A stretch of DNA of 64,000 nt, from the NCBI GenBank assembly GCA_964016885.1, contig OZ024742.1, forward strand, positions 263,562,001 through 263,626,000, read 5' to 3'. The notes beneath the pieces were generated by a model. That model saw nothing but the letters and a program-made list of their open reading frames with translations, had not been told where the DNA came from and ran no database searches. Position numbers and translations under genes: made by a program. Within the stretch, counting starts at the first letter, position 1. Every line of letters begins with the position of its first letter. Shown here in pieces: positions 34,826-49,584 of the stretch. This DNA is from Eledone cirrhosa. Taxonomy: Eukaryota.

Positions 34826-35780
34826 CTGAAATGACATGGAAGGAAGCTATGTTTTCTGGTGGGAAACGGTCATTCTAGAAGATAAAATGAAAATAAGTAA
34901 TTATTAAACTGTTGCTTTAATCGGAACATGATTATATATCTTTCCTGTTACTAGCATCACATCGTCTGCATTTATTTTGAGTAAGTTCAGTTATTTTGGT
35001 GAAATCACATTCAATAACATAAAATAGCTATAAGAAGTAAAGCTTCAATAGAAATAATTTCTACATCAGCCCCGGAAGTATACCATCAGGTAAATCAGAC
35101 CTGCTAACCCCTAAAACCCAAACGGGGAGATCTTGCAAAAAGTGCCCCAAAACGGGGAGAATGAGGCAAAAATGAGAAGATTTTAAAGAATGAAAGCTAT
35201 ACCCATTTTTCACAGGAGAAGACATCTCTTACCCACCGTGTTAATGCGTGTTTAGTCATCATATAAAATATGTAATGAAAGAAAAACAATATTTATTAAT
35301 GACTAATATTTTGATTGTTTTTTGCTATCGGCAAGCAGGGAGATACCAACACATAAATGTTACCCTTTCTCGAAGGTTTCATCTGCGCAGCATAATCGCT
35401 GTATGTTTTGCTGCTGTATTAGAGAGAAACTTGCTGAGTAAGTATACAAAACTAAGACGTTGTATACAGTGTAAGGCATATACAACGTAAGATATACAGT
35501 GTAAGATATATACGGACAAATTAAATTTATGGACACCATTCGTATGTCGATAAATACTTATGTAGATGAAAACATATTTATTGGTTAATCTTTTAAACAG
35601 TTAGTCTTTATTTACAGAGGCAAGCAGCACTTAACCTTGTTGCAAACCTAGCAATCAAGAAACAATCGAACACTTCAATGTATTCGATGTACGTTCACTA
35701 TTTTATAGTCGCTTTTGATTTTTGCAAATCCAACCACGCACACATTTATATATGCATGTACACACACACACACGCACACA

Positions 35781-35868
<88 letters not shown>

Positions 35869-36109
35869 CACACATATATATATTAAGGTGTTTATAATTT
35901 TTTCAATTTACAGTGAAATACATATTTTCTGGCATGGTTCATGCCGACATATTAAAAATGTGTATATATGTATACACATTCGTGCAGCCCCGGTTTACCA
36001 CATTCTATGTATACATATATAACTAGATAAACTTGTATAAGTACCTGAACATAGGTCAGAATTTTGATCCCTCATGCATTCTGGAGATATGGTCAATATT
36101 GGGTCTTGA

Positions 36110-38380
36110 AACCTTAGGTAGCGCTTTTGGCGGAGACCGACTCCCACATTGAATAGTTTCGGTTTAGCACCATTTATTCGAACACAAATACTCGGGTATT
36201 CGTATAGAGACAGCAAGGCAGCACGGAGCTGACCACCAATCCCATACTCTTGCACAACCTTCCACAACAGGTCGCGGGGAACACGGTCATATGCCACCTC
36301 AAGGTCGATACTCCCACAATTTCTCGAAGATCTGCCGCAGTGTGAATATTTTTGGGCTGTGCTGCATCCGGCGCGAAAACCACACTGTTCATCAACTAGG
36401 TAGGACTCTACAATTTTCCTGCATCTCTTTGCCAGACACTTAGCATATACTTTACCGGTGAGGTTTAACAAGGACTTACCTCTCTAATTGAAACAATCTC
36501 TCTTGTCTCTCTTTTTGAAAATTGGGATTATCATTCCCGATTGTCATTGCCTAGGTGCCTTTCCAGAGATCCAGGTCATCCGGAACATAAATCAGCCAGA
36601 GAATACCTTCTTAATTTAAGGATTTTAGCATCTCGGACCGGATTTCATCTCTCCCAGCGGCCTTGCCGTATTGAGCACTTTAATTGCTCTTGTGATATCA
36701 GCCCCTGAGAGATTAGCCACCGTTTCCAGATGCACTTCGTGTACATTCAGAAGATGCTGTTATGATCGGGTTTAGGAGATCGGCAAAGTATTTTCTCCCC
36801 TCGTGAGGATGCACCTCTCTGAAGAGAGGATAACCCCAGACACGGTCTTGAGAGCAAGTGTAGAGAAGGGTTTCTTATTACGAAGTCAGCAGATGGTCTG
36901 TCAAAGTATTTTATTTGCTGATCTGAAATCGGATTCCAGTTTAACCCAAAATTCCTCCCATGTCTTAACTTTGGACGCCTTTATTGTCTCTGCTGCTATT
37001 CTTCGTGATTGCTTGTACCGCAAGTGCAAGAAGGAAGACTTATTTCGAAACCAAGTTTTGTAAGCCCTTTTCTTTGCTCGGATGGTATCTTTAACGACTT
37101 GATTGAACCAAGGGTCCTTGCCATCCGGCACCACATCAAGCCTCTTTCACCCGTGGCATTCAAAAATTGAAGCAGAAACTGCCGCGCTGATCAATATCCA
37201 TTTTTTAAACACGAACATGCAGCACAGAATCAAAGAGATCAGAGAGAATAATAAAATCAACTATTGATCTCTCTCCCTGATTCCCCTTATAGCATCTATA
37301 TTTATGGATGTCTCTGTGTTGGAAAAAGGTGTTCATAATAGAGAGTCCATTGCTAGAACAGAAATCTAGTAAAGCTTCTCCATTCGTATTTAGATCGAGG
37401 TCACCATTCCTTCCAAACCTTTTCATGTTAGGTGGTCAGTGCCAACATATGCATTGAAGTCTCCTATCAGGATATATGACTCAGTCTTAACTACATCTAA
37501 CGCTGCAGTGACTTCATCAAGGAAGGACCTGTATTTGGACTACTTATTTGGTGCATAAACTTGCACCACCCACGGCGACCTAACTTTCAGCCTAAGTTTC
37601 AAGAGGAAAATGCTTACTCCTAACAGGATCCAGTCCATAACACATTCTGACAGCTGGGGGCTTGTTAGTATCCCCACTTCCGCATGTGCAGTCGTTTCTG
37701 ACAACACACCTGAATAGTGGAGTTTCCATCCTCCATCCAAATCGGAACTTTGTTGAGGAGACACGACTATATTTAGCCGGTAGCATCTGGCCTCCTCCAC
37801 TAGTTCCTGCTCCTTATCTGCAAGGGTTGTTACGTTCCAGGTTCCAACTGTTAACATTTTCTCCCTTCCGGATTCTCTTTGGGGTCTCGGGATACGCAAC
37901 CTTTGTGCGTCCATCCCACGCCTCCCAGGACAGGTTGCAGGCCCAACGCCAGATTTTGCGGCAAGGAATGGAGACTGCAATATATTTTTCGAACAGGCAA
38001 CTCTACTTAAGGCATGAACGCGTCTCTTGCGGTATGGTTCTTTTTTGTTTTCCCATTTATATTGCAGTTTCAGTTTCAGTGGTCTTATTCGCACCAGTAC
38101 AAATCTGGTACTTTGTCAAACCCACGAAGACTAGGCTTTTTTTTACAGGCGGCCTTTACTCGCCTCTCCGTAGCTACGTCACTGGATTGTGAGAGTTTTC
38201 TTGGGACCTACAGATGTCACCCATTGTTCCATCTCCCCTAGTAGTTTACCACAGTTGGTCCGGGTTTGCTTATTCCTCCGCCAGTTGCCCGCTTGTATCG
38301 CAACTAGCCATCATTTCTGATGGACGTATCGCTATCCGCCACCTGCGACCCGTTCTCTAGCAGACAAGCTCTGTCTGTAT
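36110..38380 (-). mobile_element. Degraded RTE LINE (5' UTR, APE endonuclease, RT N-half)
   Basis: TVGTWNV, GVGIL, QVYAPN, NGEALLDFC..NTFFQH, IVDFI, QCGFRAG, DLEVAYDRVPR. Many frameshifts. Confidence 0.88.
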
Positions 38381-38757
38381 ACAACTATGAGGGAGCGAAC
38401 ATTTAAATTGTATTTTCAGGCCGAGACGGCCGACTACACTATATGCAAATAAGGCCTATCAGTCTATGTAGATAGGCACCGAAACTATATGTGTTTGCCT
38501 GCTTTGGATTCCAGCAGAGAGAAGTGAGAGGATGCGTTAGCTTGATACCGACCATCAGTCAGAAACAGTTGACTGTCGGCAGATTATATACCCCTGTTAC
38601 TGCTGGAATCCACCTGGCCATCAGCTTCCAAAATTCATAGCTAAAAGGCTTTCAAATGTTTATACGTAAACATACCGTTTATCGCTAGATATACAAACAC
38701 ACACACACACACACACACGCACGCACACGCACACACACGCACACGCACACGCACACG

Positions 38758-38789
<32 letters not shown>

Positions 38790-39079
38790 GTGGAAGTGAT
38801 TCAGTATGTATGTGTATGTGAGTGCGTGTGTGCGTTGGCGCACGCACGCTCGTGTATATATATATATATTATATGTATGTCAGTATTCTATATACGTATA
38901 TATTGTATGTATGCATATTGACAGATAATCATCTCTTCTAAACAGATAAACATTCCCCATGTACACAGATATGAATATTTGTATATGACTGACTATCTGT
39001 TTCGCTTGCCCCGGGAGCAGTCTCAGCAGAGGAATCTATTTAGGCGAATTAAGATGTACTCTGTCTGATATTTCGTTAC

Positions 39080-39118
<39 letters not shown>

Positions 39119-39738
39119 ATACACACACACATACATCATTCATAGATACATACATACATCATTCATACATAAATACAAATATGTGTATCTATATATATAT
39201 ATATATATGTATATATAAGTGTGTGTGTATATATGTATGTATATCTATTTATACATACAAGCATAGCATATAAACTTATACATGCGTACATACATAGACA
39301 TACATACACATACACATATATTTATATATCGTGTATGTGTATGTCTATGTGCATAAAGTTAGATAACAATCCCGCAGGTATATAAAATATTTTCATCATA
39401 GAAATTTATATATAAAATGATGTTCATTTTTGACAAAGCATGAAACAAATTCGTAAAATATCTGGCACTATCTTATCCCGGGACACAACATAACCCTGGA
39501 GTAAGATATGATCTTAAGATCTATGATTATGGAGCAACCTTGATTCTGATATCATCATCTTCACCTGCAATCACCGTCTCTTGGGCGTGGATAGCTCTTC
39601 TGATTTCTCTACAGATTAAACAATTATGTCACTAGGATCTCGTATCCTTTCTAACATTGCAGACATTGTGACATTCTGAATAAATCCCCACGACACTCTC
39701 GAGCGCAGCGTAGCCATTTCTGAGAATGTGTGTATATA

Positions 39739-39811
<73 letters not shown>

Positions 39812-39874
39812 TAGAAAGAGAAATAAAATAAAGAATGTGTACATTATGTGTATATTAACTATGTATGTATGTTC

Positions 39875-40066
39875 TGGCGGTGGATTGGCAGTATCGGTAG
39901 AGGGTCGGACGCCATGCTTTGAAGCATAGAGTTACCTCCCTGTATGATTTGAGTTCAAAACCCGCCGAGGTTAACATTGCCTTTCATCCTTACGGGGTCG
40001 ATAAAATAAAGTACCAGTAATACACTGGATTAATTGCTGGCCTTGTGTCAAAAGTAGAAACAATTA
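39875..40066 (+). mobile_element. Full-length tRNA-SINE
   Basis: GGCGGTGGATTGGCAGTATCGG...GAGTTCAAAACCC...GTAGAAACAATTATT. Confidence 0.9.
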
Positions 40067-40084
40067 TTTTATAACTTTTTGCCT

Positions 40085-40116
<32 letters not shown>

Positions 40117-40133
40117 GGAGAGAGAAAGAAAGT

Positions 40134-40168
<35 letters not shown>

Positions 40169-40359
40169 GGTTTCTAATATAGACATAAGAATCTTTCATA
40201 GGAATTTAGACAGCATCAACTAGGTGAATATGTATGCATATCTGCGCGAGCGCGCATGTTTGTGCAGCTATTGCTGTTATTGCATGTGTAGATCTGTATG
40301 CTTTGAGCTATATATGTGTATGTGCATATGCTTTGTATCCATATATGAGTATACACAGG

Positions 40360-41258
40360 TATTGCATCTCTTTGCCAGACACATAGTTGGAACGATCTCT
40401 CTTGTCTAACTTTTTGAAAATTGAAATTGTCACTCCCGATTGCCTTTGCTTTAGGTGGTTTTCCTGAGATCCAGTTCAACCGGCACACTTGAGTCAGCCA
40501 GAGAATACCTGCTCTATTTAAGGCTTTTAACATCTTCCCCGGCGACCTTGCCACATTTGAGCTCTTTAACTGCCCTTGTGACAGCCTCCGAGAGATTAGT
40601 CACAGCTTCCAGATGCACTTCCTGTACATGAGAAGATCTTTTATCATCGAGTTTAGGAGATCAGCAAAGTATCTCTGAAGAGAGGAGAAGCCCAGACGCA
40701 TTTTTGATAGCAGGTGTGGAGAAGGGCTTCTTATTACGAAGTCGGCGGATGTTCCAGGTTCCGACTGTTAAGGTTTGCTCCCTTCTGGACTCTCTTTGGG
40801 GTCTTGGGATACGCAATCTTCCCAGGACAGGTCGCAGGCACATCATTAGTTTTTGCAGCATGAAATGAAGACTGCAATATATTTCTAGAACAGGCCCCTC
40901 TACACAAGGCATGGACGTGCTTTTTGTTAACCCCCGCGAAGGACGATGCGGTATGGTTCTTTTTTGTTTTCCTCAACATATTGCAGTTTCAGTTCCGTGG
41001 TCTTACTGGCGCCAGTCACCAATATGGTGCTTTGTCAAATACGCAAAGACTTTTTTAGAGGCGGCCTTTACTCGCCTCATCGAGAGTTTTCTTGGGAGCT
41101 ACAGGTGTCACTTATTGCTCCATCTCCCTAGTAGTTTATCGATGTTGGTTCGGCAGTTTCCCGCTTATATCGTAACTAGTCATCATATCTGGTGGCCGCA
41201 TCACTATCCGTCCCCTGCGATGCTTTCTCTAGCGGAACAGCTCTGCCGAGACTCTTCT
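40360..41258 (-). mobile_element. Internally deleted RTE relative of 36110-38380
   Basis: The 5' UTR and TVGTWNI are joined directly to the pre-RT region at about 40750. Confidence 0.8.
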
Positions 41259-41922
41259 CTGTCACATTTGTTATTTACGCATTCTTTGTTACTACCGTCG
41301 TCTCCCTTACCGTTTTGAAAGACAAAATCAGATATTTTATCCACTATTATCGATACTTAACTCCCTTTTCAAAAATCTTCAAAAATCCAACCTCGTTCTG
41401 ATTTATCACTTTTCAAGATGGCTGACTAACAACAATAATTGCTTTCTATCCTCACTACCCATTTCTCCAGGTTTCTTTCTTTACTCTGTTTTCTTTTTCT
41501 AAGTTCCAATGAATGACTACCGTCGGAAATGTTAAGACTTTTCCAAATATATCAGGCGTTAAAACTAGTTTGCTATCATTGTATTGTATTCTTCTCCTGT
41601 ATCGTATTTCATATTTATGAAATTATTACTACCTGCATCAAACAATTCATTGCAACGTGTCACAATCACTAGCGACCGGTCTTAAAATAACCGTCACATG
41701 CAAAAGAGATTTTGGTGAGGATTCGCTTCATGATTGTTTCTTTACATGAAAGTTAAGGTTATGTAAAAAAAGTTATATATATATATATATATGTATATGT
41801 GTGCATGCATATGGATATATATATACGTATACATTTGTATAAATATATATAAATATAATTAATAAAGGAAACAAAACAAACACAGGATGCAAGAATACAC
41901 AGTTATATACATACATGTATAT

Positions 41923-41986
<64 letters not shown>

Positions 41987-42175
41987 CATATCATGCCACT
42001 GTTAAGTAGCTATATCAGAGGTAAAAAGATGAGATGCACGGATCATATTACAACCCACTGGAATGTGCAGTTTATCGCTGCATCTGCACACATGACTCTC
42101 TCTGTCTGTGTGTATATATGTGCATGGATGTCTGCCTCCGTGTGCATGAGAATGCATGTGTGTTTGTATATGTTA

Positions 42176-42216
<41 letters not shown>

Positions 42217-42253
42217 TGGCAACATGACCCTCCCAAAGCATAACAATATATAT

Positions 42254-42378
<125 letters not shown>

Positions 42379-42454
42379 TACGTATGTGTATGTGAGTTCT
42401 GCAGTCAGGTTTCATTAGAATATAATTACATTTTCTATGAATCTGACGAAATAT

Positions 42455-42455
42455 T

Positions 42456-42542
<87 letters not shown>

Positions 42543-43460
42543 GTGTCTGTTTGTTTATCACTGTTTCTGTGAAGCAGTATATATGTTCGACTAGACCTCT
42601 GTCTGCATGCCTGTCTATATATATGTCCGTCGGTTTGATCTCCCTCTGTCTGTCTGTCTGTCCGTTTCTGTCTACATACCAAACACACAGAAATCACAAT
42701 ATCTTTAGTGTTACTACTGACACTATCATCATCACCATCGTCAATACCACCGCAGCCATTACTATCATCAATACACATCACCACCACGTTGATTATTTTT
42801 ACCACTTCTATATCCACAACGACTTCGACGAAGACCACGACGATGATGATCACCACCACCACCACCACCACCACCACCGCCACCACCAGCGCCACCAGCG
42901 CCACCAGCGCCACCACCACTACCACCACTACCACAACCACCACCGCCAGCACGACCAACACCGCCAGCGCCACCGCCGCGGCCGCCGCCACCACCACCAC
43001 CACTACCATAACCACCGCAACCACCACCACCACCACCACCAGCGCCAACACCTCCACCACCACCACCACCAGCGCCAACACCACCACCACCACCAGCAGC
43101 GCCAACACCACCAGCGCCACTGCCGCCACCACCAGCACCAGCACTAGCACCACCACCACCACCATTACCACCACTATCACCACCACCATCAACAACAGTA
43201 ACACCACCACCACCACCACCACCAACAGCAACACCACCGCTGCTGCCCTCCCCCCATCACAATCACCACTACTCCTACAGCCACCTCAGCCAACACTTCA
43301 ACAACCGACACCACAACCATCGTCACCACCACACTGCTACCAATACCACTACCACCACTACTACCATCTGGATCATTGCCTCCAATAGTAGCTCAACCAC
43401 CAACAAACCACCACTATCACCAACACCACCACCAACACCACCACCACCACCACTACCTAT
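42455..43460. repeat. (CTA)n plus long degenerate (CAC)n trinucleotide array
   Basis: Direct reading. It produces the Thr/His/Val-rich artefact ORFs. Confidence 0.9.
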
Positions 43461-43785
43461 CCTTCACATCTGCACATAACCTCACTTTAACTATATATGT
43501 CTCGAGATTTATCACTGAATTATAGCCATCTCACATACTCCCACCATTTACAACAACAGATGCACTAACAACAATAGCAACAACAACCACAGCCTCCTGG
43601 TAACTACCATACGTTTTTCTATTTTGCGCCCCGAAATCCAAGAGCGTAATCTAAATCCTAACAGCAAGATAGGGCGTTGAGAAGGGTTGGCTGAGAAACA
43701 GACTGAAACACACAGAAACACTTTTACATTCACATATAGACCTGTGTATCTATATGTATATCTATATATGTGTGTGTATGCATAC

Positions 43786-43825
<40 letters not shown>

Positions 43826-43876
43826 ATGTTTGTGTGTGTATATATATATATACATACGCGTATGTGTATATATATA

Positions 43877-43911
<35 letters not shown>

Positions 43912-43963
43912 TGAGTACTTTGGTGCGTTATGGTCCATCTGGTTCCTTACCACATTTCCTTCG

Positions 43964-44091
<128 letters not shown>

Positions 44092-44149
44092 ATATTTAAA
44101 TATATATACTCTACGACAACTTGCACTGCGGGATATTTCACACACCAAC

Positions 44150-44960
44150 TGTCAACAATTTTGGCATTTCCCGAGAGTGACGCTATCTACAGCAGTGCCA
44201 AGCAGCGTTGATGCTACCAGGAAATGTTTCCGTTTTATGGTCCACTCTATAGCACGATTTTTCTCCTTATCCGTACCAATATCACCAGAATCGTGATGTA
44301 ACCACTTCCATTATTCAGTCGTTGTGTGTTTTTCGTTCTTGCTCAAGGTTTGCTCATTGCTCTTAGTGCTGGTCTTTCACTTAAATGTTTTGCCATATTC
44401 ATAATGAAGCTTTATGCACCTCCTTCTCTAGGTTTTAAATCACACCTGCATTCTCCTTTTCAATTTCAATACCCGAAAGGTAGGACGTAGTAGATCTTGC
44501 CGCAAATCAACGATATCCCACCTCGACTGGAAGTACACTGGCATCTTAGACCCTCATGTGACTCCTTTATTTCTGCATATTACATATACTTTCTTTCATG
44601 AACTCATATCATATTGCCGTCAGTACAATTATCAGAACATTTTTATCGAACCAGACCATACCGGAAAGCTGGAGTGTTGTGTTATAGCAATATAGCTTGC
44701 AAATACTAGCGCTTTTTTTCTTTTTAGGCCATCCTGAATATTGCTACCATTGGCACCTTGCAAACGTTTGGGTACCAACTTTTTTTTCACCCACTTGCGT
44801 TGTCCTTTCTCCTCTACACTGTGGATGACAACAAGGTGCAACTTTGTGGGGTTTTTTTTACATTGGAAGTCCTGTATTGTTTTTGTAATGGAGTAATAAA
44901 GAACCCCCAGGAATTAGTTATGCCGCCACGCAAAATCTGTCAGAATGTATTCCAATGAAC
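44150..44960 (-). mobile_element. Possible ancient piggyBac-like transposase fossil
   Basis: Scattered remnants in the expected order (VFIGI; FQ..LHLV; MV-YSG; YI...RYG; [10 protein letters not shown]) across many frameshifts. A Helitron-like 3' end (GGCCCGGCATTTCTGCTAG) abuts at 44962. Confidence 0.3.
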
Positions 44961-45632
44961 ACTAGCAGAAATGCCGGGCCTCGCGTAGTTTTCTTCAAGT
45001 GTTAGTATGTATATGGGCGTGTGTTTCATAATGTATCTATCAATGTTTACAAATTCATGCAAAAGGAAAACTACATTTTTGTTTCTATATGCAATTGATA
45101 TGAGCTCGCACAGACATATTTTATCTTGCAGTATATTCAAGTCAATACAACGACATTTATTCTCTAGAAAATGGTGACCGCAACTTGATTAAGCAAAGGT
45201 GGGATATGACCACATAATATACAAACACATCATTGAAGTAGCATAGCACCTTTGAGGAGATTCGAACTCGTACCGATTTTCAAATAAAACATATCCCCCT
45301 ATTCTAAGAAAACTGTAACAAATCACATATACTTATCACATATACTTTCATATTTGATGATGCAGTTTATTTACCTTAATACTTAAGTATAATATATATA
45401 TCTGCCGAAGCAAGAACTTCATGCGAACACACGAAGAAATATTTACAAAACACACACACGCACTAATATAAATACATACATATATACATATGCATACATA
45501 ATATATTTATATATACATATATATATATACATATATATATACATATATACATATACATACATTATATATATATATGGCCCTGTGAGGAAGCAGGTGAAAC
45601 TCCAGACTAACAAGACTCACTAGCCTGATTAA

Positions 45633-45671
<39 letters not shown>

Positions 45672-45702
45672 TATACATACACACACTCATAATATATATA
45701 TA

Positions 45703-45965
45703 TTCGGTGTGCCTGGCCGACTGAACTCATTCGATATGCAAATTAGGCTGCTCAGCCGTTAATATGTATAAGGAAAGTATATACTTTCAGACGTTCAACT
45801 AACTGGCAGGAAGGTATACGATGCTGACGATAGCTAATAAGCTTGAAACTGGTACACCGTGTCTTTGGCAGTGTTGAACAAAAAGGTCACGCGGTTGCCT
45901 AAACACTGTACGGCTTAATTCGGGCTGTTTGTTTACAAACAAACCGAACATTATAATAAATGTTC
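45703..45965 (+). mobile_element. Family E copy with HHR at 45819-45859
   Basis: CGATG-CTGACGA-TAGCT(aata)AGCTT-GAAAC-TG-GTA-CACCG. Confidence 0.8.
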
Positions 45966-46166
45966 TGGTTAGAGAATTGGATTCGCAATCGTGAAGTTGC
46001 GAGTTCGATTCCTGGACCGGGCGATGCGTTATATCCTTGAGCAAGGCACTTTATTTCACGTTGCTCCTTCTACCTGGAGTTGCGACAGATAAAGAGTATT
46101 AGCAATTTGAAAAGACAATTGGAAACATTGTTTCCTTGGTACGATTTGACGAAAGTCGATCGACTG

Positions 46167-46200
<34 letters not shown>

Positions 46201-46204
<4 letters not shown>

Positions 46205-46554
46205 ACGGTATATTGCCAAATATACTATACATACATTCATGTATACATCGCTATTTCAGAGTACCAATACTGAAACCTAATTTTTGCTGGACCGGCAATC
46301 GCTCTGTTTAATCACCTCCTGATTATTACTGGAATTCTATAAGAATCCAATTACTATAATTTTCGGTGGAGGCAACTGAGTGTGGGGTTTTGATAAACGC
46401 AAAAAAGCGTGAAACAGACTGTCAATCACTTTCCCTTTGTTTTCGTCGAAAATAAGTAAGTGACATAGTCACTTACTTTAAAACTCATAGCGAATGGTCT
46501 TCTAAATGTTTTTAATTAAACATACAGTATATTGTCAAATAAACTATACATACA

Positions 46555-46560
<6 letters not shown>
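46201..46560 (+). mobile_element. Family D 1.1-mer (319-nt unit) with decayed HHR core
   Basis: 46201-46240 is repeated at 46520-46560. TTGATAA-ACGC(aaaaaa)GCGT-GAAACAG-a-CTGTC. Confidence 0.75.
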
Positions 46561-46598
<38 letters not shown>

Positions 46599-46762
46599 GG
46601 GATGGTTTCCCGAAGGGAATCGGAAAAACACAGTTAAATAAGGTACTCAATGCGTTAGTAGGGAAGAGCCCTGTTTATTTCATATAGAAATGAATTCTAC
46701 AGGAGTGATATTCATGATGATTTCATACGAATGAAACAGTACTATTCATGTTGGAGTAATTA

Positions 46763-46822
<60 letters not shown>

Positions 46823-46860
46823 ATCTCTTTCTCTCTCTCTTTCTGTATATATATATATAT

Positions 46861-47963
46861 CACGATAAATTAACGGACCCATAGACTCTCGCTATTCCCT
46901 GTCAGTAATGTGCTCAAAGGAGAAGGAATCTCGAGCTCTTTATAATACAATATTTTGAATCGAACGACCAGAAATGGTATTACATCGGATCTACCACCAC
47001 CTCGTTTAAATCTCGCTGGTACCGTCATCGATTCTCAATCAAACATCCTGATCACCATTTTGTGACCACGCTCGCCAACAAGACCTGGCAACTCCGTGAA
47101 CGCAACCAACAGTTCACCTTAAAATGGGATATACTTTCCAGCGCAAGTGCATATCGGAGTGGATTGAAGTACTGTAGGTTATGTAACCTTGAACTCTTTT
47201 ACATATTAAAATCCAAAAATAAACTACTTAACGATAGAATCGAACGATCATTATACTGCAACCACAAACTAAAAGCTAAATTCTCTCACTATAAAATAAC
47301 TTAACATTCGAACCCGTAACTATAACATCGCTTTCTAGCTAACCACCTTCTCTTCCCCCACACTACAAGACAATACCCTGCTTATCACTATAAATGGTAA
47401 CTCAGTGCAATTCGCGGATTACTACTACGAACCCAAAGTTCAGCCACCCCATAGACCTCGTCTGTCCCCTCTCTATCTCTCCCTCTATATCCATTCCACT
47501 CTCTATCTCTCTCGCCTTTGACCTACCGCCCTCCCTCTCCACATCTATGAACCTGCCCTCTGGGGCAATAAATAATTCCAACCTTGACTATCAAAGCATC
47601 TCTCTAAAAGTAACCAGTATAATAAAACCCCTACCACAACATTTTGATTAAGATATGTACAAACCACTCTCTCCTATTTCTCCAACCCCTGCATATCTTT
47701 CTCTCTCTCTCTCCCTCTCCCTTACTTTTCTCTCTTCCTTTTCTACTCTATCTTCTCCAATAACCTCACTTAAGGGTATTTACATTGTACATTTTAACCA
47801 TTCTGCTCTGATGATACAGTGGTCACAGCATTTGATATTTGAGTTCTGCAAATAGTTGATAATTTGCACATAGCATAACTAGGCTGTACTACCACCGTGG
47901 AAACATTTGTAAGCACACGGAATAAATTACCCTTTTTATGATGTCTACCATTTATTATTCATT

Positions 47964-47968
<5 letters not shown>
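46861..47968 (+). mobile_element. PLE 3' fragment: GIY-YIG C-terminus (to 47304) plus 3' UTR/pLTR
   Basis: WYYIGSTTTSFKSRWYRH...KWDIL...CRLCNLE..IL..LLNDR.E...CNH. (TA)n on both sides. Confidence 0.85.
47804..47915 (+). ncRNA. Type-I hammerhead with extended stem II in a PLE pLTR
   Basis: TGCT-CTGATGA-TACAGTGGT.CACAGC...GCTGTA.CT.ACCACCGTG-GAAAC-attt-GTA-AGCA. Confidence 0.7.
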
Positions 47969-48017
<49 letters not shown>

Positions 48018-48247
48018 GCGGTTCGCCAGCATAACCTCAGCCCACTAGATATTGAGATGCAACGAAAATAATTATCTTAGTGTACCAAGTTTATGAAAGA
48101 ACACAAAGAGATAGAAAACATAAAAAAGACATCGGTTTATACATTCATTGAAATAAGCTTCCATATCTTATATATTTATTGGTCCTCAAGAAAGAGAAAT
48201 GTTTCTTGTAAAAAGAAACATACTTCCAACCTCAATAGAATAGGTAA

Positions 48248-48437
48248 TAATTGTTTCTACTTTTGGCACAAGGCCAGCATTACCCCAGTGTATTACTGGT
48301 ACTTTATTTTATCGACCCCGTAAGGATGAAAGGCAAAGATAACCACGGCCGGATTTGAACTCAGAACGTAAAGGGCCGTAACTCAATGCCATGGTGTACG
48401 TTGTCCGACGCTCAACCGATACTGACAATCCACCACC
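48248..48437 (-). mobile_element. Full-length tRNA-SINE
   Basis: Same consensus as 6719-6899. Confidence 0.88.
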
Positions 48438-49526
48438 CTAGAAGAGGTAATAGTGCAGCTGATTTTCAAGTATTGTCTCCTTAACACACACACACTAACA
48501 CACACACACAGACACACATATAGACAAACATACACACATACACAGACGCACACACACAGAAACATACACAAACATCTTAACATTTTTCTTTTACTTTAGT
48601 CATTGAAATGCGGCTTTGTTAAGACACTACCTTCCAAGGTTTTAGTTGGTCCGACGAACCCCACTAGATATTTCGGTTTGGTACGCATTTTATACTGCTA
48701 AACATAAACGCACATACATGGATACACACATATATTATACGCCGGATTTCTTCACAGTTTCCGGTTATCACATTTCAATCGCGGAGCACTGGTCATTCTG
48801 TGGCTACAGTAAATGACTTTACCCTAGGTGCCGCACAGAGACACGTTGTATGAGAACTCCTTAGCTACACGGCTATGACTTTCTCTCTCTCTCTTTCTGT
48901 ACACACACACACACACGCGCGCGCGCACCCACCCACCCACCCACTCACACACCCACACACATACACACACATACATACACACACATGTAAACGTTTGAGC
49001 ATGAAATTAGCTATTCTTCAGGTGATGCATATGTTGTTTAAAACGTGACTAAAACATGTGTTTAGACCCTCTAACCTAGCGACAGAGGCATATATTACAT
49101 GCGAACAGAAACCTTAGTCTAACTCTTATCTGAGCAGACGTTATATTTGGCAGTCGCCCAAAGACTATTATTGTTCCTAAGATTCACATAAGTTATTTTA
49201 GTGGCTCCTTTGTGAAAACAGCTGTGTATACCACTGCGGTGAACCACTGATTTCACACAATGCCACCTATCGTATTTCACAACGAGGCTGTGACGTGTCT
49301 GCTGCTGTTGTGGATCACCTACAAAAACGTCCATTACGTTTACTTCATTATAACGTTAGGTCTTTCAATTGTTTATAGAAGTTATCAAGAAACAATATAA
49401 CATGAACAGTTTGTATCAAATTAGAACATTATTCACACATAGGCTTGTATGTATGGGGTACACACACGCACACACACATATATATACATATATAAAGAGA
49501 GAGAGAAAGAGAGAGGAAGAGAGAGT

Positions 49527-49584
<58 letters not shown>

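Noticed and set aside
39562-39605. Additional host exon (EIRRAIHAQETVIA); also 2-7 nt micro-exon candidates near 23634 and 27511
   Set aside because: The donor is weak or the phases do not fit the chain, so they cannot be distinguished from chance.
39875-39970. tRNA gene
   Set aside because: The A/B boxes belong to a multi-copy SINE head and no cloverleaf forms.
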